From the IMG/VR virus record IMGVR_UViG_3300017917_001112, positions 32,001 through 96,000 of that record: a DNA stretch of 64,000 nt, one strand, 5' to 3'. Below, piece by piece: positions 42,529 through 52,561 of the stretch. The stretch's first letter is position 1. Each line of letters begins with the position of its first letter. Under the pieces are notes generated by a model. It had not been told where the DNA came from. It saw only the letters and a program-made list of their open reading frames with translations, and did no database searches. The position numbers were made by a program, and so were the translations under genes. This stretch comes from a virus.

Positions 42529-44115
42529 ATGGATTTTTTTGGTTTTGAGATAAAGCGTAAAAAAGATGATGTCATCGATTCTGTGGTTCCACCACCAATC
42601 GATGACGGATCAACACTTGTAGCAAGTCAAGCTGGTTATTATGCGCAAACGCTAAACACCGACACTCAGATTACAACTGAGAATGATCTTCTTAAAAAAT
42701 ATAGAGATATTTCTAGTTATACTGAGGTTGATGCAGCGATTGAAGACATCGTAAACGAAGCAATTGTTTCTGATGATACTGAAAAGACAGTCTCTTTAAA
42801 TCTTGATGATTTAAAACTGTCAGAATCAATCAAGAAAAAATTTAATGATGAGTTTGATAGTGTTCTTTCATTGTTGGGATTCAATGTAAAAGGACACGAT
42901 ATCTTTAGATCTTGGTATGTTGATGGTAAAATATATTATCAAGTTCTAATTGATGAGGCGAATACTAAACAAGGTATTCAAGAACTTCGATATATTGATG
43001 CGACAAAAATTCGCAAAGTAAAAGAAGTTAAAAAAGAACGAAATAAAAAAAGTGGTGTTGAAGTAATTACGGATGTACAAGAATATTACATCTATAACGA
43101 AAAGGGCATCAACAACAATGCGACTCAAGGTGTAAAACTTGGCGTTGACAGCGTTGTGTCATGTAATTCTGGATTGGTTGATCAAGGCAAGAACATGGTT
43201 CTTAGTCATCTTCATAAAGCAATCAAACCAGTAAATCAATTAAAAATGATTGAAGATTCTTTGGTCATTTACCGTGTAAGTCGTGCGCCAGAGCGTCGCA
43301 TTTTCTACATCGATGTAGGTAACTTACCAAAGATTAAAGCAGAACAGTATATTCGCGACATTATGAACAAGTATCGTAATAAACTTGTTTATGATGCTTC
43401 AACAGGCGAGATTAAAGACGATCGCAAGCACATGTCAATGCTTGAAGATTTTTGGATGCCACGTCGAGAGGGTGGAAAAGGAACAGAGATTACAACACTA
43501 CAGGGTGGTGCTAATCTTGGACAGTTAGAGGATGTTGACTATTTTAAGCAAAAATTATTACAGTCACTTAATGTTCCTATGTCTCGTTTGACACAAGATG
43601 GTGGTGTGTTTAATGTAGGAAAATCTGCTGAGATTTCACGTGATGAGGTTAAATTTTCCAAATTTATTGGCAGACTACGCACTCGTTTCTCTATGTTGTT
43701 TTTGGAAATATTACGTGTACAACTAATTTTAAAAGGTGTTATTCGTGCTGATGAGTGGGATAGTATTAGTCAGTTTATTAAGTTTGATTACAATAAAGAT
43801 AACTACTACGCAGAATTAAAAGAGAATGAAATACTAGCAGGTCGTGTTGCAATGCTACAACAATTAGATCCATTCGTTGGTAAATATTATTCTAAGACAT
43901 ATGTACAACAAGATATTCTTCGTCTGACTGAGCAACAAATTGCAGAAATGCAGAGTCAGATAGAAGTTGAGAAAGATCAAGACTACCTAGACGCAGACCA
44001 TAAGGGAACTGTTTCTGGTGTAACACAAACAGCACAACAGAATTACTTGCAGCAATTTGCGCCAGCGGAAACGCAGGAGGCACCTACAAGTAACAAACCA
44101 CAAGGAGAGCAATAA
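42529..44115 (+). CDS. gp20: Portal protein gp20
   Basis: YRVSRAPERRIFYIDVGNLPK.KAEQY and MLEDFWMPRREGGKGTEITTL.GG. Confidence 0.98.
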   Translation: MDFFGFEIKRKKDDVIDSVVPPPIDDGSTLVASQAGYYAQTLNTDTQITTENDLLKKYRDISSYTEVDAAIEDIVNEAIVSDDTEKTVSLNLDDLKLSESIKKKFNDEFDSVLSLLGFNVKGHDIFRSWYVDGKIYYQVLIDEANTKQGIQELRYIDATKIRKVKEVKKERNKKSGVEVITDVQEYYIYNEKGINNNATQGVKLGVDSVVSCNSGLVDQGKNMVLSHLHKAIKPVNQLKMIEDSLVIYRVSRAPERRIFYIDVGNLPKIKAEQYIRDIMNKYRNKLVYDASTGEIKDDRKHMSMLEDFWMPRREGGKGTEITTLQGGANLGQLEDVDYFKQKLLQSLNVPMSRLTQDGGVFNVGKSAEISRDEVKFSKFIGRLRTRFSMLFLEILRVQLILKGVIRADEWDSISQFIKFDYNKDNYYAELKENEILAGRVAMLQQLDPFVGKYYSKTYVQQDILRLTEQQIAEMQSQIEVEKDQDYLDADHKGTVSGVTQTAQQNYLQQFAPAETQEAPTSNKPQGEQ

Positions 44116-44116
44116 C

Positions 44117-44428
44117 ATGACAGAGCAAATTCGTGACTTAATTGATTCTATTGTTGATGAGAATCCAGTTCAAGCAGAAAAAACTTTTACAGATATTATG
44201 AGCGATAAAATCGCTGATAAAATTGATGATTATCGTAGAACAATTGCCAATAGTTTTTTCAATCCTGAACCTGTTTCTGAAGAAAATTACAGCAACGAAG
44301 GCGATGGTGGTGGTGAACACGGAGACGGACAATATCCATACAATCAAATGGACATGTGGACAAATGAAGAAGAAACACCAGCAGAAGATCCACCAGCAGA
44401 AGATCCACCAGCAGAAGAAACACCTTAA
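44117..44428 (+). CDS. Prohead core protein gp67-like
   Basis: ATG at 44117 with an AAGGAG RBS (track start 44057 overlaps gp20). Small acidic protein directly after the portal. Confidence 0.65.
   Translation: MTEQIRDLIDSIVDENPVQAEKTFTDIMSDKIADKIDDYRRTIANSFFNPEPVSEENYSNEGDGGGEHGDGQYPYNQMDMWTNEEETPAEDPPAEDPPAEETP
44376..44424 (+). repeat. 15-bp tandem repeat (CACCAGCAGAAGATC x ~3) encoding PAEDP repeats
   Basis: Units at 44376-44390, 44391-44405 and 44406-44420 (last ends GAAA). Confidence 0.9.
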
Positions 44429-44979
44429 TGAGACTAAATGATTTTGTTAAGAATTTATACAACAGAAAAGGAAACTACGGAAATGTAGTTTCCGTCTCAA
44501 CACATTATGAGCATCAAATTATTGAAAATGATAAAGGCAAATATTTTGTAGATGGTGTGTTGTTGGAAGCAGAATATAGCGACTTAGAGGAAGTCAAAAG
44601 ACATATTGAATTAGAAGAATCAGCAAAAGTAAGTTTATACGAAGATATTTCGGACATTAAAATTGCTAACATAATTAAAAAACATAACGATAATACTAAA
44701 ATTACAACAACATTAATTGAATCATATACAACTCGTGCTTCCTCTAAGGCATTTGATATAGATCCAGTTCTTATAGAAATGAGGACAACCTACAGGGGTC
44801 AAAATTTAATACAAAATAAGTTGGATTTTAGATTAAAAGATGGAAAATACATAGCAATCGATGAAGAAACTGTAGAGAAAATTGCGAATTTACTAAATAA
44901 TAGTAAACATAAAGAAGAAATTCTAAACTATATGAAGGAATGCGTTGAAAACTTCCTTTATGTAGTAAGAAAATTATAA
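44428..44979 (+). CDS. Putative prohead core protein (gp68 position)
   Basis: Synteny between gp67-like and gp21; C-terminal F.LKDGK...IDE.T...I..L pattern. Confidence 0.5.
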   Translation: MRLNDFVKNLYNRKGNYGNVVSVSTHYEHQIIENDKGKYFVDGVLLEAEYSDLEEVKRHIELEESAKVSLYEDISDIKIANIIKKHNDNTKITTTLIESYTTRASSKAFDIDPVLIEMRTTYRGQNLIQNKLDFRLKDGKYIAIDEETVEKIANLLNNSKHKEEILNYMKECVENFLYVVRKL

Positions 44980-44989
44980 GGAAACTAAA

Positions 44990-45406
44990 ATGGCAGTCAC
45001 AAAAACAGTTGTTCGAAACAACATTAATAAGTGTCTAATCCGTCTTGTTGGAACGGCAAGTAGTGACACCGCAACAGTGACTCTCAATACAGATTGTCTT
45101 GGTGATTTTGAAGCATTAACTACAGGTGGAACAGTAAGAGTTAACATCGCAAAGGTTAAGGCAAGCACCGCAAACAGCATTACTCTCGTACGCAATAGTG
45201 TGACTGTTGGTGCATTTTATGGATCTGACATTATCGATGAATCTGATTGGGTGTTGACTGATCAAAATACACATGATATCGTTGTTACATTTGTTGGTGG
45301 TGCAGGAATGGTGTTATTAGAACTTACAAAAGTAAGTGGCTTCTCACCAGAATTTGAATCCGCACAGTTTGGTGGTGGTGACAACATTAACGCAGTGGGG
45401 TCATAA
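44990..45406 (+). CDS. Hypothetical head-module protein
   Basis: AAGGA RBS; lies immediately upstream of the prohead protease. Confidence 0.7.
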   Translation: MAVTKTVVRNNINKCLIRLVGTASSDTATVTLNTDCLGDFEALTTGGTVRVNIAKVKASTANSITLVRNSVTVGAFYGSDIIDESDWVLTDQNTHDIVVTFVGGAGMVLLELTKVSGFSPEFESAQFGGGDNINAVGS

Positions 45407-45409
45407 TCC

Positions 45410-46060
45410 ATGAAACTTATTAGAGAACAAGTAACAGAAACCAAATTTTTCGTTGAAGAAAAACTTGGTAAGGGAAAACAATATTTTATTGAGGGAGTGT
45501 TCCTTCAATCAGAATTAAAAAACCGCAATGGTCGTATGTATCCAGAGGGTGTGATGGACAAAGAAGTCGGTCGCTACATGGAGCAATACGTAAAGAACAA
45601 TCGTGCTTACGGTGAGTTGGGTCATCCAGACACACCTACTATCAATTTAGATCGTGTGTCGCATTTGATCGTTGACCTTCGTAAAGAAGGCAAAAACTAT
45701 ATTGGTAAAGCAAAGATTCTAGAAACACCTATGGGTAATATTGCACGTGGTCTATTGGACGGTGGAGCAAACCTTGGAGTTTCAAGTCGAGCACTAGGTT
45801 CTCTAAAAGAGAACAAAGATGGTGTTCAGATTGTACAGGACGACTTTATGCTGTCAACTGCAGCTGACATCGTCGCCGACCCATCGGCTCCAGATGCTTT
45901 CGTTCGTGGCATTATGGAAGGTGTAGAGTGGGTATATGTTGATGGAAAATACGTGCAAAGAGACATCGAAGAAGCAAGAAAAAACATTAGAGCAACTTCC
46001 TCTAAAAAACTATCAGAGCAATCACTCATTGAATTTGCTCGTTTTTTGAAGAAACTCTAA
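45410..46060 (+). CDS. gp21: Prohead protease gp21
   Basis: IEGVFLQSE.KNRNGR.YP, A.GELGHP, GVSSR.LGS, DIVADPSAPDAFV.GIME. Confidence 0.97.
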   Translation: MKLIREQVTETKFFVEEKLGKGKQYFIEGVFLQSELKNRNGRMYPEGVMDKEVGRYMEQYVKNNRAYGELGHPDTPTINLDRVSHLIVDLRKEGKNYIGKAKILETPMGNIARGLLDGGANLGVSSRALGSLKENKDGVQIVQDDFMLSTAADIVADPSAPDAFVRGIMEGVEWVYVDGKYVQRDIEEARKNIRATSSKKLSEQSLIEFARFLKKL

Positions 46061-46064
46061 GTTT

Positions 46065-46072
46065 TATAAATA
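46065..46072 (+). promoter_or_regulatory. T4-type late promoter TATAAATA before gp22
   Basis: Exact consensus, intergenic. Confidence 0.8.
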
Positions 46073-46122
46073 GAATTTATCGAAACTAATCGGACATAAC
46101 CTACTAAAAACAGGAGACTATA

Positions 46123-47121
46123 ATGTCAGTTGAAAAGAAAATTGCGGAATTATTGGCTGAATCTAAAAAACTTCAGGAACAAGACGAGACTATCGTTGAA
46201 GAGTCTGAAGAGCTAGAGGAAGGTGCTGCTGAAACTATCAAAGCAAAAGGTAGCGCAGGTGGCGAAGGTGACAACGCTGATAACAAGCGCAACCAAGGCA
46301 CAGACAAGCCAGAAGTAAAAACAAATAAAGACAGTTCTAAAGCTGGTTCAGGTGGAGCAGCTGCTCAAGCATCTGAAATTGCAGGAATGAAGAAAGAGGA
46401 AATTAAGTATGATTCTTCAGAAGACGTTGCTGCTCTAGTAGAGGGTGAAGAACTATCAGAAGAATTCAAAACAAAGGCTGCAACAATTTTTGAAGCAGCA
46501 GTTGTAACAAGAGTCAAAGAAGAAATTTCTAAGATTCAAGAACAGTATGACGCACAACTCGTAGAAGAGTTTGTGAAGATTAAAGAGGAACTCGTTGAAA
46601 AGGTAGATGGATATCTCGGCTACGTTGCTGAGCAGTGGATTAAACAGAATGAAATTGCCCTCGAAAGCGGAATCAAAGCAGAACTTGCTGAATCTTTCAT
46701 TGAAGGTATGAAGCGTGTGTTCGAAGAACATTACGTTGATGTGCCAGCTGAGAAGTATGATATTCTCGGAGACTTAGAGTCTAAGGTGGAAGAATTAGAA
46801 GGTAAACTAAATGAGACCGTAAATGCAAATATTGAAATGACAAAGCAAATTGCAGAAATGCAGCGTGCTGGTATCGTAGCAGAAATGACTGAAGGTCTAA
46901 CAGACACTGAAGCAGAAAAGTTTGCTACATTGGCTTCTGAAATTGTTTGCGAAGATGTAGATTCTTATACTAAGAAACTACAAACAATTCGTGAATCATA
47001 TTTTAAAGAAGCAAAACCAGTTGCTAAAGACAGCGTCGAGTCTGGAACAGCAAAAGAGCAAGTGATTACAGAATCAGTTGCCCAATATGCTCAAGCAATT
47101 GCTAAACTAAACAAAAAGTAA
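46123..47121 (+). CDS. gp22: Prohead scaffold/core protein gp22
   Basis: LSEEFKTKAATIFEAAV, VD.YL.YV.E.W...NE.A.E.G, KL.TIRESYF. Confidence 0.95.
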   Translation: MSVEKKIAELLAESKKLQEQDETIVEESEELEEGAAETIKAKGSAGGEGDNADNKRNQGTDKPEVKTNKDSSKAGSGGAAAQASEIAGMKKEEIKYDSSEDVAALVEGEELSEEFKTKAATIFEAAVVTRVKEEISKIQEQYDAQLVEEFVKIKEELVEKVDGYLGYVAEQWIKQNEIALESGIKAELAESFIEGMKRVFEEHYVDVPAEKYDILGDLESKVEELEGKLNETVNANIEMTKQIAEMQRAGIVAEMTEGLTDTEAEKFATLASEIVCEDVDSYTKKLQTIRESYFKEAKPVAKDSVESGTAKEQVITESVAQYAQAIAKLNKK

Positions 47122-47147
47122 AATAACCTTTTCAGGAGAAAAATAAC

Positions 47148-48506
47148 ATGACAATGTTAAGAGAAGATCTAGTTAAAAAATGGTCACCAATTCTCGAGAA
47201 CGAGAATTTGCCAGAAATCAAAGACCAGTATCGTAAAGAAGTTACTGCTGTTCTTTTAGAGAACCAAGAGCGTTCATTGCAAGAAGAGCGTGCTGCTCTA
47301 TTCGAAGCAGTTCCAAGTAATGCGAACTACAATGGTTCATCAACAAACCCAGACACAGGTGGTGTCGCTAAGTACGATCCAATTTTGATCAACTTGGTAC
47401 GTCGTGCTGCTCCACAAATGATCGCTTATGATCTTTGCGGTGTTCAGCCAATGACAGGTCCAACAGGATTGGTATTCGCAATGAAGAGCCGTTATGGCAA
47501 TCAAAGTGGTGGCGAAGCACTTTACAACGAAGCAAATGCTGAGTTTGCAGGTGGCGACTTGGGTTCTAACACAAATCAATCAACTATCTCTGGTTCTAAC
47601 TGGTTCTCATCAGTTAACAATCCAGGTGGTATGACAACTGCTCAAGCTGAAGGTGGATATTCTTCATCATCTACTGGCGCAGCACCAGCATCAGATCCAG
47701 GTCCTGGTTCTACAACTTTCAATGAGATGGCATTCACAATCGAGAAGACAAGCGTAACTGCTAAATCTCGTGCATTGAAAGCTGAATACTCAATCGAATT
47801 AGCACAAGATATGAAGGCAATTCATGGTCTTGATGCTGAGAGCGAGTTAAGCAATATTCTTTCAACAGAAATTCTTGCTGAGATCAATCGCGAAGTTATC
47901 CGCACAATCTATTACACAGCTAAATCTGGTGCTGCTTCTGGCACAGTTACAACAGCTGGCGTATTTGATTTGGATACAGATGCTAATGGTCGTTGGTCAG
48001 TTGAGAAGTTCAAAGGTCTATTGTTCCAAATCGAACGTGATGCTAACGTAATCGCACAAGAAACACGTCGTGGTAAAGGTAACTTCATCCTTTGCTCTTC
48101 AGATGTTGCATCTGCATTAGCAATGGCTGGTGTTCTTGACTACGCTCCTGCTCTTTCAACAAATCTAACAGTTGACGACGCAGGTAATACATTCGCTGGT
48201 GTTCTAAATGGTCGCTATCGTGTCTATATTGATCCATATGCATCGAATGGTGGTGCTAATGATCAATTCTACGTAGTTGGTTACAAAGGTTCTAGCGCAT
48301 TCGACGCTGGTATTTTCTACTGCCCATACGTTCCTCTACAAATGGTTCGTGCTGTAGATCCAAATACATTCCAGCCAAAGATTGGTTTCAAGACACGCTA
48401 CGGCATGCTTGCTAACCCATTCGCAACTGGAACATCATTGGCTACATCAATCGGTTCTAACAACAACGTCTACTATCGTAGAGTTCGTGTTCAGAACATT
48501 ATGTAA
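47148..48506 (+). CDS. gp23: Major capsid protein gp23
   Basis: LLENQE, GVQPMTGPTGL.FAM, KSRALKAEYS.ELAQD.KAIHGLDAE.EL, FQPKIGFKTRYG. Confidence 0.99.
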   Translation: MTMLREDLVKKWSPILENENLPEIKDQYRKEVTAVLLENQERSLQEERAALFEAVPSNANYNGSSTNPDTGGVAKYDPILINLVRRAAPQMIAYDLCGVQPMTGPTGLVFAMKSRYGNQSGGEALYNEANAEFAGGDLGSNTNQSTISGSNWFSSVNNPGGMTTAQAEGGYSSSSTGAAPASDPGPGSTTFNEMAFTIEKTSVTAKSRALKAEYSIELAQDMKAIHGLDAESELSNILSTEILAEINREVIRTIYYTAKSGAASGTVTTAGVFDLDTDANGRWSVEKFKGLLFQIERDANVIAQETRRGKGNFILCSSDVASALAMAGVLDYAPALSTNLTVDDAGNTFAGVLNGRYRVYIDPYASNGGANDQFYVVGYKGSSAFDAGIFYCPYVPLQMVRAVDPNTFQPKIGFKTRYGMLANPFATGTSLATSIGSNNNVYYRRVRVQNIM

Positions 48507-48538
48507 TTGATGAAGCTACCGTAAGAGTAGTGTTTGAC

Positions 48539-48564
48539 AAGGGGAGCTTCGGCTCCCCTTTTTT
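48539..48564 (+). terminator. Rho-independent terminator after gp23
   Basis: AAGGGGAGC-TTCG-GCTCCCCTT stem with C(UUCG)G tetraloop, then a U-tract. Confidence 0.95.
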
Positions 48565-48581
48565 GTTGAATAAATATATGC

Positions 48582-48797
48582 ATGCAAGATAAGAATGTTA
48601 AAGTTATTGTCCTTTCAGAACTTCTCGAATCTCGTGCTAGAAAAGAGAAGGAGCTACAGTATTACTGCGAACAACTCAAAGAGTTACAAGTAAGAATGAA
48701 CTGGATACAGGCAGAAATAAATTTAACAACTAGAATCATAGACATGATTGAAAAGGAAAAACTTTTTGACATGGAAAAATATTTAAGAGAGAAATAA
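48582..48797 (+). CDS. Hypothetical coiled-coil protein
   Basis: 71-aa helical ORF preceded by AATAAATA (48569) and coupled to gp3. Confidence 0.7.
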   Translation: MQDKNVKVIVLSELLESRARKEKELQYYCEQLKELQVRMNWIQAEINLTTRIIDMIEKEKLFDMEKYLREK

Positions 48798-49348
48798 TGG
48801 CAAACATTCCAGCACAATGGTCTACTAAAATACCAGAAAACATGAACCCACTGGCTCCAACTGGGTTTAGATTTCTTATTACCAAATTACCAAAGATGCA
48901 GTTTTATTGTCAAACTGTTAATCTTCCAAGCATCACACTTGGTGAACCTGAATTCAGCACACCATATTCAACTATTCCAATTCCAGGCGAAAAACTAGCA
49001 TTCGGAGATTTAAGTCTTCAGTTTCTTGTTGACGAAACTCTAGAAAATTACAAAGCAATCAATGGATGGCTAATGGGATTGGGTTTCCCAATAGATAACA
49101 AACAATATACAGATTTCTTAGCACAAGATCAAGTATCAGCATCAAGTGGTTCCGAATATGTTCGTAATACTTCGGATGCATCTCTTTTTATTTTGACAAA
49201 TAATAACACTGAGAGTAAAATAGTTACATTCAAGAACATGTTTCCAACATCACTCGAAAGTTTAACATTCACAGCTGTTGATTCGGATGTGAATTATTTG
49301 ATAGGAAATGCAACTTTCAGGTATAATTATTACGTGTTCGAAAATTAA
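48797..49348 (+). CDS. gp3: Tail completion/tube terminator gp3-like
   Basis: N.LAPTGFRF...K.P...F.CQ..N.P.I.LG, PG.KL.F..L...F.VDE.L.NY..I..W..GLG.P, F..MFP.SL..L.F. Confidence 0.88.
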   Translation: MANIPAQWSTKIPENMNPLAPTGFRFLITKLPKMQFYCQTVNLPSITLGEPEFSTPYSTIPIPGEKLAFGDLSLQFLVDETLENYKAINGWLMGLGFPIDNKQYTDFLAQDQVSASSGSEYVRNTSDASLFILTNNNTESKIVTFKNMFPTSLESLTFTAVDSDVNYLIGNATFRYNYYVFEN

Positions 49349-49368
49349 ATTTTATTTTTGGAGTTGTT

Positions 49369-49806
49369 ATGAATCTTGAGCAGTTAATGTCAATGTGGGA
49401 GAACGATTGTAAAATTGATGACGATCATTTGGGTGAAGCGTCAACAGATACACCTAATTTACATTCAAAATATATCAATCATTTGGTATCATACAAACTG
49501 AAACTTGCTAAAATCAAAGGCGACTATAATCTCCTACGCAAAAACAAATTTAGATATTATCGTGGCGAACTAACACGTCAAGAGTTAGAAGATCTTGGAT
49601 GGATGCAATGGCAGGGTGTCAAGCCACTTAAAAATGAGATGGATGAATTTCTACAAGGTGATACAGACTTAGTTCAAATGGAACAAAAAGTTGAATATCT
49701 AAACACAATCGTATACTTCTTAGAATCTGTTTTGAGTCAGATTCGTTCACGTGACTTTCAAATTAAAAATGGAATTCAGTGGAAACAATTTCTAGTCGGA
49801 ATGTAA
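49369..49806 (+). CDS. uvsY: Recombination mediator UvsY
   Basis: W..D..ID...L......P.LH.KY, YY.GE, R.FQIKN.I.W..F..G. Confidence 0.92.
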   Translation: MNLEQLMSMWENDCKIDDDHLGEASTDTPNLHSKYINHLVSYKLKLAKIKGDYNLLRKNKFRYYRGELTRQELEDLGWMQWQGVKPLKNEMDEFLQGDTDLVQMEQKVEYLNTIVYFLESVLSQIRSRDFQIKNGIQWKQFLVGM

Positions 49807-51296
49807 TGGATAAAATAGTAGTTGAAAATTTTGATAATGTGAATATCCGTGTGTTTTCGGATATAAACATTGAGCATGAACTGAGTAATTTTTTTACATT
49901 TGAGGTTCCTGGTGCTAAATTCATGCCAGCATATAAAGCGAGGATGTGGGATGGTAAAATTAGACTCTACGATTTACAAAGAAAAACACTGTATGCTGGA
50001 CTCAAATACTATGTTAAAGAGTTTGCGGACAGAAATGGATACAAATATCACGAGTTGGCAGCAGAACATTATCGACCTGTGCCTACTGTCGAATATACAT
50101 ATGAACAAGTATCAGAATATGCCCACGCTCTCAATCTCACTGCTAGAGGGGAACCGATTGAAATTCGAGATTATCAAATAGATGCTATTCGCAACTGTTT
50201 AAATAATAATAGGCAACTACTACTCTCTCCTACTGCATCAGGTAAGTCACTAATTATATACACACTGATGCGTCATTATGTTACTGAAGGTAAGAAATGC
50301 ATTCTTATCGTACCAACAACATCTTTAGTTGAACAGATGTACACTGATTTTGTTGACTATTCGCATGTGAATGGTTGGCGTGTTGACAGACACTGTCAAA
50401 AATTATACAGTGGTTTTACTAAAGATATTTCCTCAGATGTGTTGATTACAACATGGCAATCTATTTACAAACAACCAAAGGGATGGTTTGACAAATTTCA
50501 GGTTGTGTTTGGTGATGAGGCACATCAATTCAAAGCAAAATCTCTAGCAACAGTTATGGAAAAAATGACTGGCATTCCATATCGTATAGGAACAACAGGC
50601 ACTCTTGATAACAAACAAGTGCATCGTCTTGTGCTCGAGGGATTATTTGGTCCAGTATATAAAGTTACTACTACCAAGAAATTGATGGAAACACAAAGAG
50701 TAGCAAAACTAAATATAAAATGTGTTCTACTGAAATACGATGAGGAAACCAGAAAGAAGCGCAAGAATAATTTATACCAAGAAGAGATGGATTTTCTAGT
50801 CTCTTACCAGAAGCGTAATCGCTTCATTAAGAATCTTGCCCAAACTTTAACTGGAAATACTCTAATCCTGTTTCAATATGTTGAGAAACATGGAAAAGTA
50901 TTACATGATTTGTTTGGTAACATTAAAGATAAAAACGTGGCTATCGTTCACGGAGATATTGATGTTGCTGAAAGAGAACGCATCAGACATATGGCAGAAC
51001 AACGTGATGATATGTTGATTCTCGCATCATACGGAACATTCTCTACAGGCATTAACATTCCTTCAATTGAGAATATTATTTTCGCATCACCAAGCAAGTC
51101 AAGAATTAGAAATTTACAATCAATCGGTCGTGGTTTACGATTGAAAGATGGTAAAGAAAGTTGTACTCTCTATGACATTGCTGACGATTTATCATATAAA
51201 TCTTGGAAAAATCATACACTAAATCATTTTATGGAGAGAGTAAAACTATATGCTGAAGAGCAGTTTTCTGTCAAAATAAATGAAGTGGAACTATGA
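49806..51296 (+). CDS. uvsW: DNA helicase UvsW
   Basis: SPTASGKS, DEAH, GTTGT, FSTGINI, LQSIGRGLR. Start placed at the TAATG overlap with uvsY. Confidence 0.96.
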   Translation: MDKIVVENFDNVNIRVFSDINIEHELSNFFTFEVPGAKFMPAYKARMWDGKIRLYDLQRKTLYAGLKYYVKEFADRNGYKYHELAAEHYRPVPTVEYTYEQVSEYAHALNLTARGEPIEIRDYQIDAIRNCLNNNRQLLLSPTASGKSLIIYTLMRHYVTEGKKCILIVPTTSLVEQMYTDFVDYSHVNGWRVDRHCQKLYSGFTKDISSDVLITTWQSIYKQPKGWFDKFQVVFGDEAHQFKAKSLATVMEKMTGIPYRIGTTGTLDNKQVHRLVLEGLFGPVYKVTTTKKLMETQRVAKLNIKCVLLKYDEETRKKRKNNLYQEEMDFLVSYQKRNRFIKNLAQTLTGNTLILFQYVEKHGKVLHDLFGNIKDKNVAIVHGDIDVAERERIRHMAEQRDDMLILASYGTFSTGINIPSIENIIFASPSKSRIRNLQSIGRGLRLKDGKESCTLYDIADDLSYKSWKNHTLNHFMERVKLYAEEQFSVKINEVEL

Positions 51297-51748
51297 TAGA
51301 TTTCAGAGTTATGCGTATGGCAACAGGAGAAAGTTTCTTGTGTATTGTTAAGCAAGAAACTGAAAAAGATATCACAGTACTGTTTCCATTACTAATCACC
51401 AAACAAACATTTCAAGTAGCTCAAAATGTTATGAGAGAAGTGCATTCAACTTCTTCATTTTGCCCATTTACTGATGACAAAGAATTTACCTTTTCAAAGA
51501 AAGAATTGACATTCATTAAACCAATGAATAAAGACGCTGTTCCTTACTATGTTGATATGTTAAACAAACAAGAAGAACCAGAAGCATTACAAAATTATGA
51601 TCTCGGAGAGTTGGTTAAACCAGAGAATTTTATTGACATGAAAGAAATTATTGATGAAAAAATGGAACAGTTAATGCAAAAGATGGAAGAAATACAAGAT
51701 GAGACAGAGGACATGGTAACACGTGATCCAAACAAAACATTACATTAA
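51293..51748 (+). CDS. Hypothetical protein (Sm-like fold suspected), between uvsW and gp55
   Basis: RM.TGE...C.V N-terminus and C-terminal ..TLH; position typical of T4-like phages. Confidence 0.65.
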   Translation: MIDFRVMRMATGESFLCIVKQETEKDITVLFPLLITKQTFQVAQNVMREVHSTSSFCPFTDDKEFTFSKKELTFIKPMNKDAVPYYVDMLNKQEEPEALQNYDLGELVKPENFIDMKEIIDEKMEQLMQKMEEIQDETEDMVTRDPNKTLH

Positions 51749-51754
51749 ATAAAT

Positions 51755-51783
51755 TTGACAATTTATTGATTATGTAGTATAAT
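51755..51783 (+). promoter_or_regulatory. Perfect sigma70 promoter upstream of gp55
   Basis: TTGACA (51755-60), 17-nt spacer, TATAAT (51778-83). Confidence 0.88.
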
Positions 51784-51813
51784 GTCTTTAGTATTATATT
51801 AAGTGGGGCGACA

Positions 51814-52374
51814 ATGACGGAAACAACAACAAAAGAAAAAGCGCATTATGTGAATAATGCCGATTTCTTAGCAGCAATAAAAATATACAGACAGAGTGTA
51901 CTAGATGCTGAGGCATCTGGTGATGAGAAACCTCGTGTTCCCGAATATATTGGGGAATGCTTGATGAAAATAGCAACACACCTGTCTTATAAATCCAATT
52001 TTATCAATTATACATACAGAGAAGATATGATTCTTGATGGAGTCGAGAACTGTCTTCAGTACATTGACAACTTTGATCCAACAAAATCTAGTAATCCATT
52101 TGCTTATTTTACGCAAATTATTTACTACGCATTTATCCGAAAAATCCAAAAAGAAAAGAAACAAACTTATGTCAAAAACAAGATGATTCTTGAAATGCCA
52201 TTTGAGATGTTTGATCTACAAGAACAAGACGAAGATGGTGAGTGGACGAATCAAATGATGGAATATTTGCGTAGTAATAATGATTCAGATTATAATATGC
52301 CAAAGAAGAAACCAGCAAAGAAAAAAACCAAAAACAATCTCGAGAGTTTTTTGGGAGATGAGAATGGAAGTTGA
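51814..52374 (+). CDS. gp55: Late transcription sigma factor gp55
   Basis: HYVNNADF, YIGEC..KIA.HLS.K.NF.NY.YR.DMI.DG.ENC..Y..NFDP.KS.NPFAYFTQI.YYAF.R.I.KEK. Confidence 0.97.
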   Translation: MTETTTKEKAHYVNNADFLAAIKIYRQSVLDAEASGDEKPRVPEYIGECLMKIATHLSYKSNFINYTYREDMILDGVENCLQYIDNFDPTKSSNPFAYFTQIIYYAFIRKIQKEKKQTYVKNKMILEMPFEMFDLQEQDEDGEWTNQMMEYLRSNNDSDYNMPKKKPAKKKTKNNLESFLGDENGS

Positions 52375-52561
52375 AAAACAAAAATGGATGGTCAAATATT
52401 ATAGCACAATTTCTACTTCTGAACAAAGTATGATGTATAAAATGTTTGAAGAACAAAAAGATGCTTATGAATTTATAACAAAATTGGGAGACAGATTTGT
52501 TGAGATGACGGAGATAAGAAAACCAAAAGGATACCCTGATGCGGAGTTGGATTTATTATGA
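52364..52561 (+). CDS. Small hypothetical protein
   Basis: ATG at 52364 with GGAG 6 nt upstream; overlaps the gp55 stop and the gp47 start. Confidence 0.55.
   Translation: MEVEKQKWMVKYYSTISTSEQSMMYKMFEEQKDAYEFITKLGDRFVEMTEIRKPKGYPDAELDLL

Noticed and set aside
48507-48538. Small hairpin (CTAC-CGTAAGA-GTAG) between the gp23 stop and the terminator as an ncRNA
   Set aside because: Too short and weak to support; probably part of the gp23 3' UTR.
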